Shown: one piece after another, positions 55,246 to 64,000 of the stretch
Position numbering within the stretch: the stretch's first letter is position 1
How the letters are laid out: the number at the start of each line of letters is the position of its first letter
From: Acidobacteriota bacterium
Lineage (GTDB): Bacteria > Acidobacteriota > UBA890 > WLXD01
NCBI GenBank assembly: GCA_965205505.1
Contig: CBDBHB010000009.1
Span: forward strand, 224,001 to 288,000
Length of the DNA: 64,000 nucleotides
Reading direction: 5' to 3'
Translations under genes and position numbers: made by a program
The notes under the pieces: generated by a model
The model's database searches: none
Seen by the model: only the letters and a program-made list of their open reading frames with translations
What the model was told of the DNA's origin: nothing

Positions 55246-56013
55246 TCAATCGCTTGGAGGCCCGTGTCCGCCTACTTCTAGCTCTTCGAAGGTCAGATTC
55301 AGGATCCGATACTCCGACCAGTTTCGGTAGTCGAAGTGCCACCATTCGTATGCGTAGATGGTGAATCCCTGCTTCTCCATCGCTCTTGTGAGGCGATTCC
55401 TGTTGTCCCGCTCCTGGGCGGTCAAACCCTGGTAATCGGGGTAAGATCGCTCAGTGAATTCGTCGTACCCGCTCCCCATCGCAGCTGGCCGGCCCGATTC
55501 CAGATGATAAAGGGTCAGATCGACGGCTGCCCCACGGTTGTGCCGTGAGCCGGAAGCTGGATCGGCCACGAACTGCCGAAGATTCTCGGGGGTTCCCTCC
55601 CAGAACATCCAGGTGACGTACCAGGGACGGTAGGCGTCGAAGATCATCAAGCCAAAGCCCTGCTGCTGCAAATCCTTATGCGCTGCGATCAGGGCTTCGG
55701 CCACCGGCCGCTGGAGATAGGCTTTGGCCTGCCGGTAAAAGGGTGTGCCCATAAAGTTGTTGCTTCCTGCGTAGCGGATATCGAATCGCAGCTCTGAATC
55801 CAGCAGCGAAAGATCGACCAGATCGGGTCGCAGTCGCTGTCCCTCTTCCACGGGTGGAGTAGCCGCGAGCGCTTCGACTTCCAGCTGCTCAGCCGGTCTC
55901 TGGGGCTGAATCCGGAAAGGGAGTACGTCGCCAGGCTGGCCGCAACCAAGAATGACAAGGAGCAGCACGAGGGTTGCGGTGACCCGAAAGCGAATCGAGC
56001 AGAGTTGGGACAT
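55246..56013 (-). CDS. D-Ala-D-Ala dipeptidase (VanX/DdpX, M15) lipoprotein
   Basis: DAYRP, SRHNRGAAVDL and EWWHF motifs; ILGC lipobox. Confidence 0.92.
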   Translation of the reverse strand: MSQLCSIRFRVTATLVLLLVILGCGQPGDVLPFRIQPQRPAEQLEVEALAATPPVEEGQRLRPDLVDLSLLDSELRFDIRYAGSNNFMGTPFYRQAKAYLQRPVAEALIAAHKDLQQQGFGLMIFDAYRPWYVTWMFWEGTPENLRQFVADPASGSRHNRGAAVDLTLYHLESGRPAAMGSGYDEFTERSYPDYQGLTAQERDNRNRLTRAMEKQGFTIYAYEWWHFDYRNWSEYRILNLTFEELEVGGHGPPSD

Positions 56014-56159
56014 TTTCTCTCAGCGAGCAAAGGACATGATCCAGCTTGCGAAATACTACAGGCTGCGACGGCCCGAACGGCCGGTGGCCACGTTGTTGCG
56101 CGTGCGCTCCGTGCACGCAGTCGTTGAGACACCGACAGGGCACCGCCCGCACCCTCCCA

Positions 56160-56217
56160 CTAGGTTCAGGACCTAGTGAGCTTCGGCCCGTGGAGGTTCA
56201 AGTCCCTCCTTGGGTAC
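56160..56217 (+). pseudogene. 3' half of tRNA-Leu(CAG), att-site duplication 3
   Basis: CTAGGTTCAGGACCTAG anticodon arm through CTTGGGTAC; no 5' half. Confidence 0.88.
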
Positions 56218-56466
56218 TACTCGTAAGTTACTCTGTACAAGGGAGATCCGATCGACAAAAGGCCAGATGTCGGCGCTCACGTTCCGAACTGAACGTTCAG
56301 CGATCTAACATCCATCTAACATTTCGGCGCTGGTCCGGTGTCAACAGGGCTGAGCCTGGTGCGATTCTCCGAGGTAATCTTCTTCCGTCGACGGTTCCCG
56401 CCTTCTTTCTGGCCGGGTTGCTCCCGAGGATTTCGCTTCAGGACGCGTTACCCTTCGCGCATTCGC

Positions 56467-57966
56467 CTACCTCACCTTGGAGCGGACCGACTTGCTGGCC
56501 GCCTGTATAGCGCCGTCCGTCGGCGTCACGGTGCACTCTAGGCGGTCGCCCTTGGTGAACAGGTCGGTGGCGAGGGCGTCGGAGTGCGCTGCGATGGTGA
56601 CGTCGCGTACAACCCTGCCGTCTACTTTCCACACGTACCGGTACGAGACGACGTCGTAGTCGGGGTCGTCGGTCACCAGCGGGTACTTGAGCTCGCACAA
56701 TGGCACTCTGTGGGCCTTCGGCTTGTTGCGAAACCTGACCCTCTTGAGCGCCACCGGCGCCCGGTTCAGGTCAGCATCTCGCTTGGTCATGACCTCGTAG
56801 GGCATCGTGGCGAGCTTCTTGCCGTTGACGTGCAGCTCGAGTTTCCAGGTGCCGGTGAAGACGCGCATGCCGTTGACGATCCAGCGCTGCCTCCACCAGC
56901 TGTAGTGGAGAGAATCGATGTTGCCGAGCTCACGCGCGCCAGTGTCCAACGCGACGGAGTTATTGGGCCGCCGGAACACCACCCGCTGGATGCTGTTGGC
57001 CGGTAGGTTCTGCAGCAGGAACCAGATGTAGAGCCATTCATCGTCGGTCTGAAACTGGCCCGACGAGGGCAGTTGCTCGGGCGGCAGCTTGTCCTCGGGT
57101 AGCGTACGGAGCTCTTGGTGGGTGATCCCGGCGTCGAACAGGTAGGTGTTGCGCTTGAACTTGAGCTGCTTCACGAAGCCGCTGGCGCCCGGGTTGCAGC
57201 GGCCTGCGAACGGCTCGGTAGTAACCCGATTCACCCAGGTCTCGAAATGCAGGTGCGGTCCGGTACTGTAGCCGCTCGAGGCCGTCATGCCGATGCTCTG
57301 CCCGGCCACGACGTCATCGCCCATCTTGACCGCGACGCTGCCTTTGCGCATGTGCCAGTACAGCGACAGCTGACCGCCTCCGTGGCTGATGATGACGTAG
57401 TTGGCGGGCTTGTACGTCAGCGTCGTCGAGCGGTCGGGATTACCGTCCTGAGCAGCGACCACGCGTCCGTCCAGCGCGGCGTAGATCGGCACCCCGATGT
57501 CCTGGAACGCGAAGCTCCGCACGTCAGAGTCGTGTCCCTGGTGCCCATCATAGGTGTAGTCGGTGCAATTCCAATCCAAGATGGCGGCATCTCCTTGAGT
57601 CGGGTCCAGGTCGACGAAGCCAGAAAAGAACAGGTCGCCTTCGTGCACCCCGGCCTGCGGGTAAAAGGGGTAGCGGGTCGAGATGTCAGTTTTGGTTGCC
57701 GGCGGCAACCCGTAGGTGCGCTCGTACGCGTCGAGCGCAGCGTGGACCCTCGCGTACTCGGCCACGGTGATGTCGGAGCCAAGCGTGGCACGCTGTTCGG
57801 GCGACAGCTCCGACGTGTAACCCTGCCATCGTCCCCGACCGTCCGGCACGATCAACTCGCCGGATCCGATCAGGCGGTGTCTGGCGGCGTGCTGCCCAGC
57901 GGCGTTGCCCGATGGCGACACGAGCGCTAGCGATACGACGACCAGGTAAATCCCGAGTCTTGTCAT
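56467..57966 (-). CDS. Secreted M23 family metallopeptidase, copy 2
   Basis: Same 1500-nt length as 23208..24707, inverted; the ATG aligns at 57966. Confidence 0.9.
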   Translation of the reverse strand: MTRLGIYLVVVSLALVSPSGNAAGQHAARHRLIGSGELIVPDGRGRWQGYTSELSPEQRATLGSDITVAEYARVHAALDAYERTYGLPPATKTDISTRYPFYPQAGVHEGDLFFSGFVDLDPTQGDAAILDWNCTDYTYDGHQGHDSDVRSFAFQDIGVPIYAALDGRVVAAQDGNPDRSTTLTYKPANYVIISHGGGQLSLYWHMRKGSVAVKMGDDVVAGQSIGMTASSGYSTGPHLHFETWVNRVTTEPFAGRCNPGASGFVKQLKFKRNTYLFDAGITHQELRTLPEDKLPPEQLPSSGQFQTDDEWLYIWFLLQNLPANSIQRVVFRRPNNSVALDTGARELGNIDSLHYSWWRQRWIVNGMRVFTGTWKLELHVNGKKLATMPYEVMTKRDADLNRAPVALKRVRFRNKPKAHRVPLCELKYPLVTDDPDYDVVSYRYVWKVDGRVVRDVTIAAHSDALATDLFTKGDRLECTVTPTDGAIQAASKSVRSKVR

Positions 57967-57999
57967 GGTTGCGGAGCTATAGTGCCGGACCCGACACCA

Positions 58000-58315
58000 C
58001 GCTACATCGCTGTGGTGCTCGGCCCGTTCGTTTGCTAAGCGGATGGAGTTCCTGCGCTCGAGTGGCAAAGACCCGGCTACCGTGATGGCGGAGACGACGG
58101 CAGCATTCGAGCAGAGCTGGAGCAATCTTGACGAACGTTTGAACCTAGTGCCTGGCAAGAGCCTACTGAGTGCCCTACGTGGGGTGCTTCAGGATCGCCA
58201 TCGGGTCACGATTACCAATCTCCGTATTCAGCGAGAGTTTCGACGCGACGAAGTCCCAGACAACTTGCGCAAACTGTTGATATCCCTTGATGGCTTCGCT
58301 AAGCAAGAGCCGTAG
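58000..58315 (+). pseudogene. C-terminal remnant, possibly of an ATPase / OLD-like nuclease
   Basis: Helical tail with VPGKSLL; cut at the inverted-repeat boundary. Confidence 0.35.
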
Positions 58316-58359
58316 CCCCAGGTTGCTGCTGGTGCAGCCGTCGCCGAAGTCGAAGCTCG

Positions 58360-58515
58360 TCGGAACGACATCTACCAACGATATGTGCGCACCGACGCTG
58401 ATCGGGCCCACTACGTGACGGTGAGTCGGGTGTTCATCGTGGCGTTTCTCGTGATCGCCTATGTCCTCAGCGCCTACTCTTTCGAGTACCTGGTGGTGCT
58501 CGTAACCCTGTCGGG
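58360..58515 (+). pseudogene. Sodium:solute symporter fragment
   Basis: TND..YVTVSRVFIVAFLVIAYVLS. Confidence 0.45.
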
Positions 58516-58519
58516 CTGC

Positions 58520-59199
58520 CGTCTTTCATTGCCTGTTGCCGGCCGACGAATGGGTCCTCTTGCGCACCAGCCTTCTTCAGATCATCGATCTCGAGCAGGC
58601 AACCCAAGCCCGGGCGATTCACCGCTCCGTAGCGGTGCCAGCCTCCGAACGCGCAATGCTGGCCCTGATCAAGGGGCCTGCGATGGGCGCCGCGCGACCG
58701 CACCAGCCAGTGAACGGCCTACGGGTGACTCCGGGAACCGATTTGCCGAACCAGGACCTGGCCCAGCACTCTGCAGGCCCGCCTCTCGGACACCCCCAGC
58801 GACTGCTGCGCGTGTTGCACCGCCCGGCTCCGCCGCGCCGGGCTCAGAAGTTTCCCGACGTCACCTCTTTAAGGATGGCGTTGTCGAGCATCGTCTCCGC
58901 CAGGAGTTTCTTGAGCCGCCCGTTCTCGCGCTCCAGCTCCTTGAGCCGCCGCGCCTGATCCACTCTCAGGCCGCCGTACTCCTTACGCCATCGGTACTAC
59001 GTGTTCTCGCTGATGCCCAGCTTCCGGCACGCCTCCGGCGTCTTGGCTCCTTGCGCCAGCTCGATCTCTGCCTCCCTGAGCTTGGCGATGATCTGCTCTA
59101 CCGTGTACCGCTTCCGGGCCATTTCTCCCCCTTCCCGAGCCATCCTGAGAGTCTCAAATCCTAACTCTCAAACTGGCCCGACTATTGGGGGTCAGGTCA
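58520..59199 (-). mobile_element. IS3-family remnant (orfA 58844..59122 with an internal TAG)
   Basis: Left end TGACCTGACCCC; related to 45152..46364. Confidence 0.85.
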
Positions 59200-59285
59200 G
59201 CCGATGTAGTAGTCGAGGAAGATCCGCCGGCCACCGCCCGGTCTTCCTACGCTACTTGGCCGGTGCTGCAGGATCTTCTGAGTGC

Positions 59286-59690
59286 TCATGCCCCTGCCCA
59301 AGCCTCCGACAACACCTCCGCCTGCTCCAGGACCGTCTGCGTTGCCTTCTCCTGCTTGTCCGGCGGGTATCCGTGCTTCCGTAGGATCCGCTTCACGTAA
59401 ACGCGGAGCTGTGCGCGGACGTTCTCACGGATTGTCCAGTCAATCGTGACGTTTCTCCGCACGGTCTCGACCAGCTCTCGTGCGATCGTCTTCAGGGTCT
59501 CGTGACCGAGGACCTGCACGGGGCGCTGTCGTTGGTCTCGAGGGCGTCGTAGAACGCCACTTCGTCCTCCGAGAGCCCCAGTTCCTCGCCGCGAGCACCC
59601 GCCGCCCGCATGTCCTTGGCGAGCTGGATCAGCTCCTCGATCACCTGCGCTGCCTCGATCGCGCGATTCTGATACTTCCGGACCGCCGCG
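59286..59690 (-). pseudogene. Second type I HsdR C-terminal (DUF3387-like) remnant
   Basis: [30 protein letters not shown] / [22 protein letters not shown]. Confidence 0.88.
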
Positions 59691-59949
59691 ACCGACGTCG
59701 CGGCCGTCCCGAGCATCAAGGCCGCAGGATTCGCTTCTAACGGCCGCCGCCGGAGATCTCGCTGCGGCCCTTGCGGGTTGATCCAGGCCGGCGCCCGCGA
59801 GAAGCAGGGAAGCCGGGGGCGGGCCTTGTTATCTGGCTTCGCTGTGCCGAGTCTGCGCCTCATGGTGCAGCATGACTGCTAAGACCTTTTTCGATCGCTC
59901 CCAGGCAGCCACTGCCATTGGCAAAGTGGAACGAGGATCGGGAGCCATC

Positions 59950-60066
59950 TGCCTGAGCAGTGAACTCCGGTCCGTTATCCGACCGGATGTGCTCTGGTAT
60001 GCCCCGGTGCACGAACAACCACCCGAGCCGCTCCAGCACGCTCTCGGAGTTGAGCTTCCGTGCCAC
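59950..60066 (-). mobile_element. IS3 orfB fragment (another at ~60585..60680, + strand)
   Basis: PEHIRSDNGPEFTA; KLRDELLN..WRREYN. Confidence 0.75.
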
Positions 60067-60876
60067 GGGCTCGGCCGGTAGCGGTATTCCGGATCACCAG
60101 ATCGATCTGGAACGTCGGAAAAGTCGAACCACGGAAAGTGACCCGGTTCCGGTATCCTTTGTCCGAACTCGAACCCGGGGGGCTTCGAACTCGGGCAGCA
60201 AGGCAGCGAGCGCGGCGAGGCGCTCATGCATCGTCGCTTTGCTGCCAGGCCCGTCGCGGGGTTCGATCGTCGGCCAGGTATCAGGTTGTTTCACTTGCGT
60301 TCTCCGTGCAGCGCCGATCGCCCGCTCCGTTCACCCGCGGCCGGCGGCGCTTCGACGGCGACCGCGAGTCCGTCCGTTTATGCCGCGCCTAACAGAACAC
60401 AATCACACACCGAAACAGGGGGCGGTCGACGTCGCGCTTCCGGGGCCAGAGGAACCGAACGGCCCGGTACGCAGCCATTCACATCGTTGCCATCGCGTTG
60501 GCGACCTGGCGGACGTGGGCCTCGCGAAGTTCGAGCCATGCTCGATTGTGAAGCCCGCCCCCTGGAACATCCCGCGAGCATTCATCTGAAGCTCAGAGAC
60601 GAGCTGCTGAACGCAGAGATCTCTACACGCTCGCCGAGGCAAAGGCCTTGGTGCAAGGCTGGCGACGTGAGTATAACCGTGAGGGGCAGGGTCGTCGGTT
60701 GTTGCGCGCCGCATCGTGGTCCCGCTGTGCGGAGTGTGGTGCAGATGGCCTCGGGCGCTGCGCCGCTAGCGGGGTGCTGTGGCGCGTCGGTGCGGCAGTA
60801 GGTTGCGGCGGCGATCGACGGCGACTCCGATCAGCGAGCGCAGGGAGATAATCGCTGCGCCAGCGGGACTTTCCGC

Positions 60877-60909
60877 GGTAGCGGGGGCAGGATTTGAACC
60901 TGCGACCTT
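60877..60909 (-). pseudogene. 3' fragment of initiator tRNA-Met-like gene (att duplication)
   Basis: AAGGTCGCAGGTTCAAATCCTGCCCCCGCTACC, T-arm plus 3' acceptor strand only. Confidence 0.8.
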
Positions 60910-60919
60910 TCGGTGGAGA

Positions 60920-61393
60920 TTACGGCAGGGCCGCCACCGTAGCGTAGATCTCCGCGTAGTCCGGCGCAACGCCGAGGCTCTCCGCGACCCAGTGATAACG
61001 GACCACACCATCCTTGTCGACGATGGTCACGGCGCGGTTGGCGGCGACGTATCCCGGCAAGCCGCCCAACGCCGGGAACGCCACGCCATAGGCATGCACG
61101 ACGTCCCGGTTGTAGTCGCTGAGGAAAGTGTAGTCGACGCCATGCGCGGCCTTCCACGCGTCGAGCGCGAAGGGCGGGTCGACCGTGATGCCGATGATCT
61201 CGGCATTCATAGCGCTGAACTGATCGATGCGGTCGCGAAGCGCGCACATCTCCGTCGTGCACACGCTGGTGAAGGCGCCGGGGAAAAAGGCGAGCACAAC
61301 GTTTCTACCACGGTATTCGCTGAGGCTGCGCTGTTGCTCCAGGGTCTCATGTAGCGTGAAATCGGGAGCGGGCTGCCCTACGGTAATGGCCAT
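60920..61393 (-). CDS. Peroxiredoxin (AhpC/TSA family)
   Basis: GQPAPDF and FFPGAFTSVCTTEMC motifs. Confidence 0.92.
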   Translation of the reverse strand: MAITVGQPAPDFTLHETLEQQRSLSEYRGRNVVLAFFPGAFTSVCTTEMCALRDRIDQFSAMNAEIIGITVDPPFALDAWKAAHGVDYTFLSDYNRDVVHAYGVAFPALGGLPGYVAANRAVTIVDKDGVVRYHWVAESLGVAPDYAEIYATVAALP

Positions 61394-61534
61394 TGACCAA
61401 ACTCCTGATCGGGATTGCCGGTGAATAGCCTAATGGTCTCGGCATACACATCGGCTCCGAGCGCAAGGCTCTGACGAAGACGAGGAACTCGCCGACAACC
61501 GACCGAGATATTACTGCACCGCAAGGCTGGACGC

Positions 61535-61954
61535 GTGATGCGGCGCGCACGTGGCGTTTACGACGAAGGGCGGATGTCGATGGCTCTGGCCGGTGCATCG
61601 TGTCGGGAGATCGGTAAGCGCCTCGATGTGCACCACTCGACGGTGGCCCGCGACATCAAGGCTCGGCTCGCCGAGATGTCCAAGTGGTGTCCGTCGACCG
61701 CGACCTACCGCGAGCTTCACCGGCAGCGCATCGAGAAGCTCCTGACCACCTGGTGGCTGCGGGCACTCGAGGACAACCAAGCTCTCGAGGCCGTGATCCG
61801 TCTACTGTCCCGCGAGGCCAAACTCCTTGGGCTCGATGAGCCCAATCGGCTCGAGCACAGCGGCGAGGTCGAGGTACGGCCCGACCTGTCGGTGCTGTCG
61901 GATGCGGACCTGGAGGCCCTGCGAGCGTACGCTCGGGATGTGGCGACGCCCTGA
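61535..61954 (+). CDS. HTH protein resembling phage terminase small subunit-like proteins
   Basis: N-terminal HTH, REAKLLGLD, EHSG and DLSVLSDADL tail. Confidence 0.45.
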   Translation: MMRRARGVYDEGRMSMALAGASCREIGKRLDVHHSTVARDIKARLAEMSKWCPSTATYRELHRQRIEKLLTTWWLRALEDNQALEAVIRLLSREAKLLGLDEPNRLEHSGEVEVRPDLSVLSDADLEALRAYARDVATP

Positions 61955-62024
61955 TGGGCGGGTCGGCGGCGTCTGCAGTTCGGCTGTCAACTCTGGGTCG
62001 CCGAGCGGTCGATCACCCGGACTG

Positions 62025-62255
62025 GAGGCCACATCGTCTCCCGATGACGCGCCTCGCGGTATGGATTTCCTGTACGATCCGAATCGCCTGAACGTTGCCA
62101 CCAGCCGCGCCCGCTGCGCGTGTGTCCTCGTTGTGAGCCCGCGGCTCCTTAGCCCCGAATGCAAGAGCCCGGCGCAGATGAAGCTCGCGAACGCCCTGTG
62201 CCGCTACAATGAGCTTGCGCGTCAGATCACCACACCGGCCTCGAGAATGGCCTAG
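62025..62255 (+). pseudogene. SF1 helicase C-terminal remnant (TM0106-like)
   Basis: DAPRGMDFLYDPNRLNVATSRAR. Confidence 0.75.
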
Positions 62256-62388
62256 AACAGTGCAACCTTGACGAGCGTCGACACGAACCCCTTCGGCAAG
62301 CGCGATGTGCACAGGCGGTAGCGAACAGGAGGCATCTCGTTCTTGCTGACAGAGAACACTGCGGGCACACGTCGAAACTTCGCGGACT

Positions 62389-63087
62389 CTAGGCGAGGAT
62401 CTGCATGACCAGTCCGTGCCCATCGAACTCAGTTGAGGACGGCAGCTTGATGGCCGTTCCGTCGTCGATACGGCGCGCTGTCCAAAGTGCTGCGAGCGCG
62501 TCGAGGATGTCGTCGTCGTTGGCAGCTGCCCGCGGAATCTCGGCACGAATGCCATGAACCACGGCGCCAAAGGTATTCTCCACGAGCTCATGGCGCTCAA
62601 TGAAGCCGAAGCCGGACGCCTTCGGATGAGCCATAGGTATGCGACCATTCCAGAAGTAGAAGCTGACTTCGGGGTGTGCTTCTCGAACCATCCCCGCCAA
62701 CCTCGGTGACCTCCGCAGTACGGCGTTCACCTCACGAATCCTGGATAGAATCGCGAACGCCTGTTTCGAGAGACGCTTCCCACAAGCGGCCTCGTTGGCT
62801 TCGCACGCAGCCTCGTAGGTATCAGCGTTGAGGGCAGCATAGACGGGCGGCGAAAACACACTGCTTCGTCTCGGCCCTAGAAGACTTCGGGCCTCTCGGT
62901 CACAGGCGCGTGGCCGGTCTGTCGATAGGGCGATCGGGATATCGATCGCCGTTACTTCTGCCAGCGTGTCGCCAAAGAGCGCATCGGCACTACCGAAAAC
63001 GTCCACGGAGATATCGTCCGTGTTCGAATCCTGCGACACGCAGAGCCAACCTGCTCGACAGCCGTCTACACCACGGATGAGCGCCAC
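62389..63087 (-). CDS. DUF429 predicted RNase H-like nuclease
   Basis: GVDGCRAGW, IDIPI, EAHPE and DDILDA motifs. Confidence 0.88.
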   Translation of the reverse strand: MALIRGVDGCRAGWLCVSQDSNTDDISVDVFGSADALFGDTLAEVTAIDIPIALSTDRPRACDREARSLLGPRRSSVFSPPVYAALNADTYEAACEANEAACGKRLSKQAFAILSRIREVNAVLRRSPRLAGMVREAHPEVSFYFWNGRIPMAHPKASGFGFIERHELVENTFGAVVHGIRAEIPRAAANDDDILDALAALWTARRIDDGTAIKLPSSTEFDGHGLVMQILA

Positions 63088-63107
63088 CTGTTCCTAATTT
63101 TAAGCTG

Positions 63108-64000
63108 CTATGAACTCGACGCAGCAACGGCAGTTCCCACCCGACGCCAAGACTCTACGTTCCTCAAATTGAGCCGCATCCCGCTGATATCGTCCAGAAA
63201 ACTCGTTACATCGTCCGTGCGAAAGATCAAACCCGCGCCATCACCTGGCCAAACCTCGGTATCCTCCTTGTTGTCGAGCTTCAGATCGCGTCCGCCTACC
63301 CTAACGCGCATGTCCTTGACCTTGTCTTTTTCACCGAGCAGCGGGGTCGTTTCGATAGATCCGAGAAGCTCAAGCCCTCTGCCCTCTCCTGCAAGCGTTA
63401 CAGACTGAAGGACGAACTCAACACGCGCTACGAGATTTCCTTGTCGATTCAGACCTTCGAAAATCCATCCCGGCGTTGGACGAATGCTTGCCGTTTCCGC
63501 TTTGTCGATCCGATCGGACATGTTTGGGTGACTGGAGAAGGCGTTTTGCTTGCCGACTTCGCCTCCCCGGACTTGTGCACTGTAGTTTATCTTGCTCAGA
63601 ATCTGAGCCATCGGACTGGGTCCCTGAGCAACCTCATGTGATTGTAGGTAGACCGTCGCTAGGGAATCCGACTCCATCTCAAAGGCTCGCGAATAACCTG
63701 ACAGCACGATCTCGGAGGCGATGCTCGATACCGCTGCTGTCAACGTAGCAAATGTCTGCGCGTCGCCGAGGTCGTCGCTCGTGGCCGCGCCGACCACCAC
63801 AGCTGCTACTGCTCCCCAGAAGGCGGCTTTCTGCGCGGACTTGAGCTTTCGGTATCCGTGTCGCATCTCGACATGGCCGATCTCATGGGCTAGCACAGCT
63901 TCGAGCTCCGCGTCGTCCTCCACCACGTCCAATAACCCTGTGGTGATAAACACGGGCCCACCTGGGCACGCGAACGCATTTGCATCGTCAGATCGGACAA
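63108..64000 (-). CDS. M48 family metalloprotease, 5' end outside the window
   Basis: NAFA.PGG, AHEIGH, YSRAFEMESD and SSHP motifs. Confidence 0.88.
   Translation of the reverse strand, partial: VRSDDANAFACPGGPVFITTGLLDVVEDDAELEAVLAHEIGHVEMRHGYRKLKSAQKAAFWGAVAAVVVGAATSDDLGDAQTFATLTAAVSSIASEIVLSGYSRAFEMESDSLATVYLQSHEVAQGPSPMAQILSKINYSAQVRGGEVGKQNAFSSHPNMSDRIDKAETASIRPTPGWIFEGLNRQGNLVARVEFVLQSVTLAGEGRGLELLGSIETTPLLGEKDKVKDMRVRVGGRDLKLDNKEDTEVWPGDGAGLIFRTDDVTSFLDDISGMRLNLRNVESWRRVGTAVAASSS

Overview
GC-rich bacterial DNA, probably Acidobacteriota- or Gemmatimonadota-like (inferred from the PadR + duplicated orphan permease, DUF885, DUF5916 and VIT-vWA genes). The first ~22 kb is mostly intact accessory or housekeeping genes with a few internally deleted remnants. 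From ~22 kb to the end is a decayed integration hotspot. It holds three 3'-half copies of tRNA-Leu(CAG), a 3' fragment of initiator tRNA-Met, many IS3/IS630/IS256 elements and fragments, a large serine recombinase with a phased 9-bp repeat array, and relics of defence genes (two type I HsdR tails, a type IIG-like tail, an ApeA-like HEPN gene, HigBA). The most notable structures are: (1) a ~1.84-kb inverted repeat (M23 peptidase + tRNA-Leu att) enclosing ~31 kb, with a 516-bp identical catalytic core and clustered amino-acid changes outside it; (2) a K+ channel + stand-alone HsdR_N nuclease pair occurring twice; (3) a dispersed ~34-bp CTAG-bounded repeat, one copy hit by IS630; (4) an IS3-like element whose inverted repeats lie 7 bp inside its true ends. 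No CRISPR array, rRNA or complete tRNA was found. All family calls come from motif recognition by eye, not database searches.
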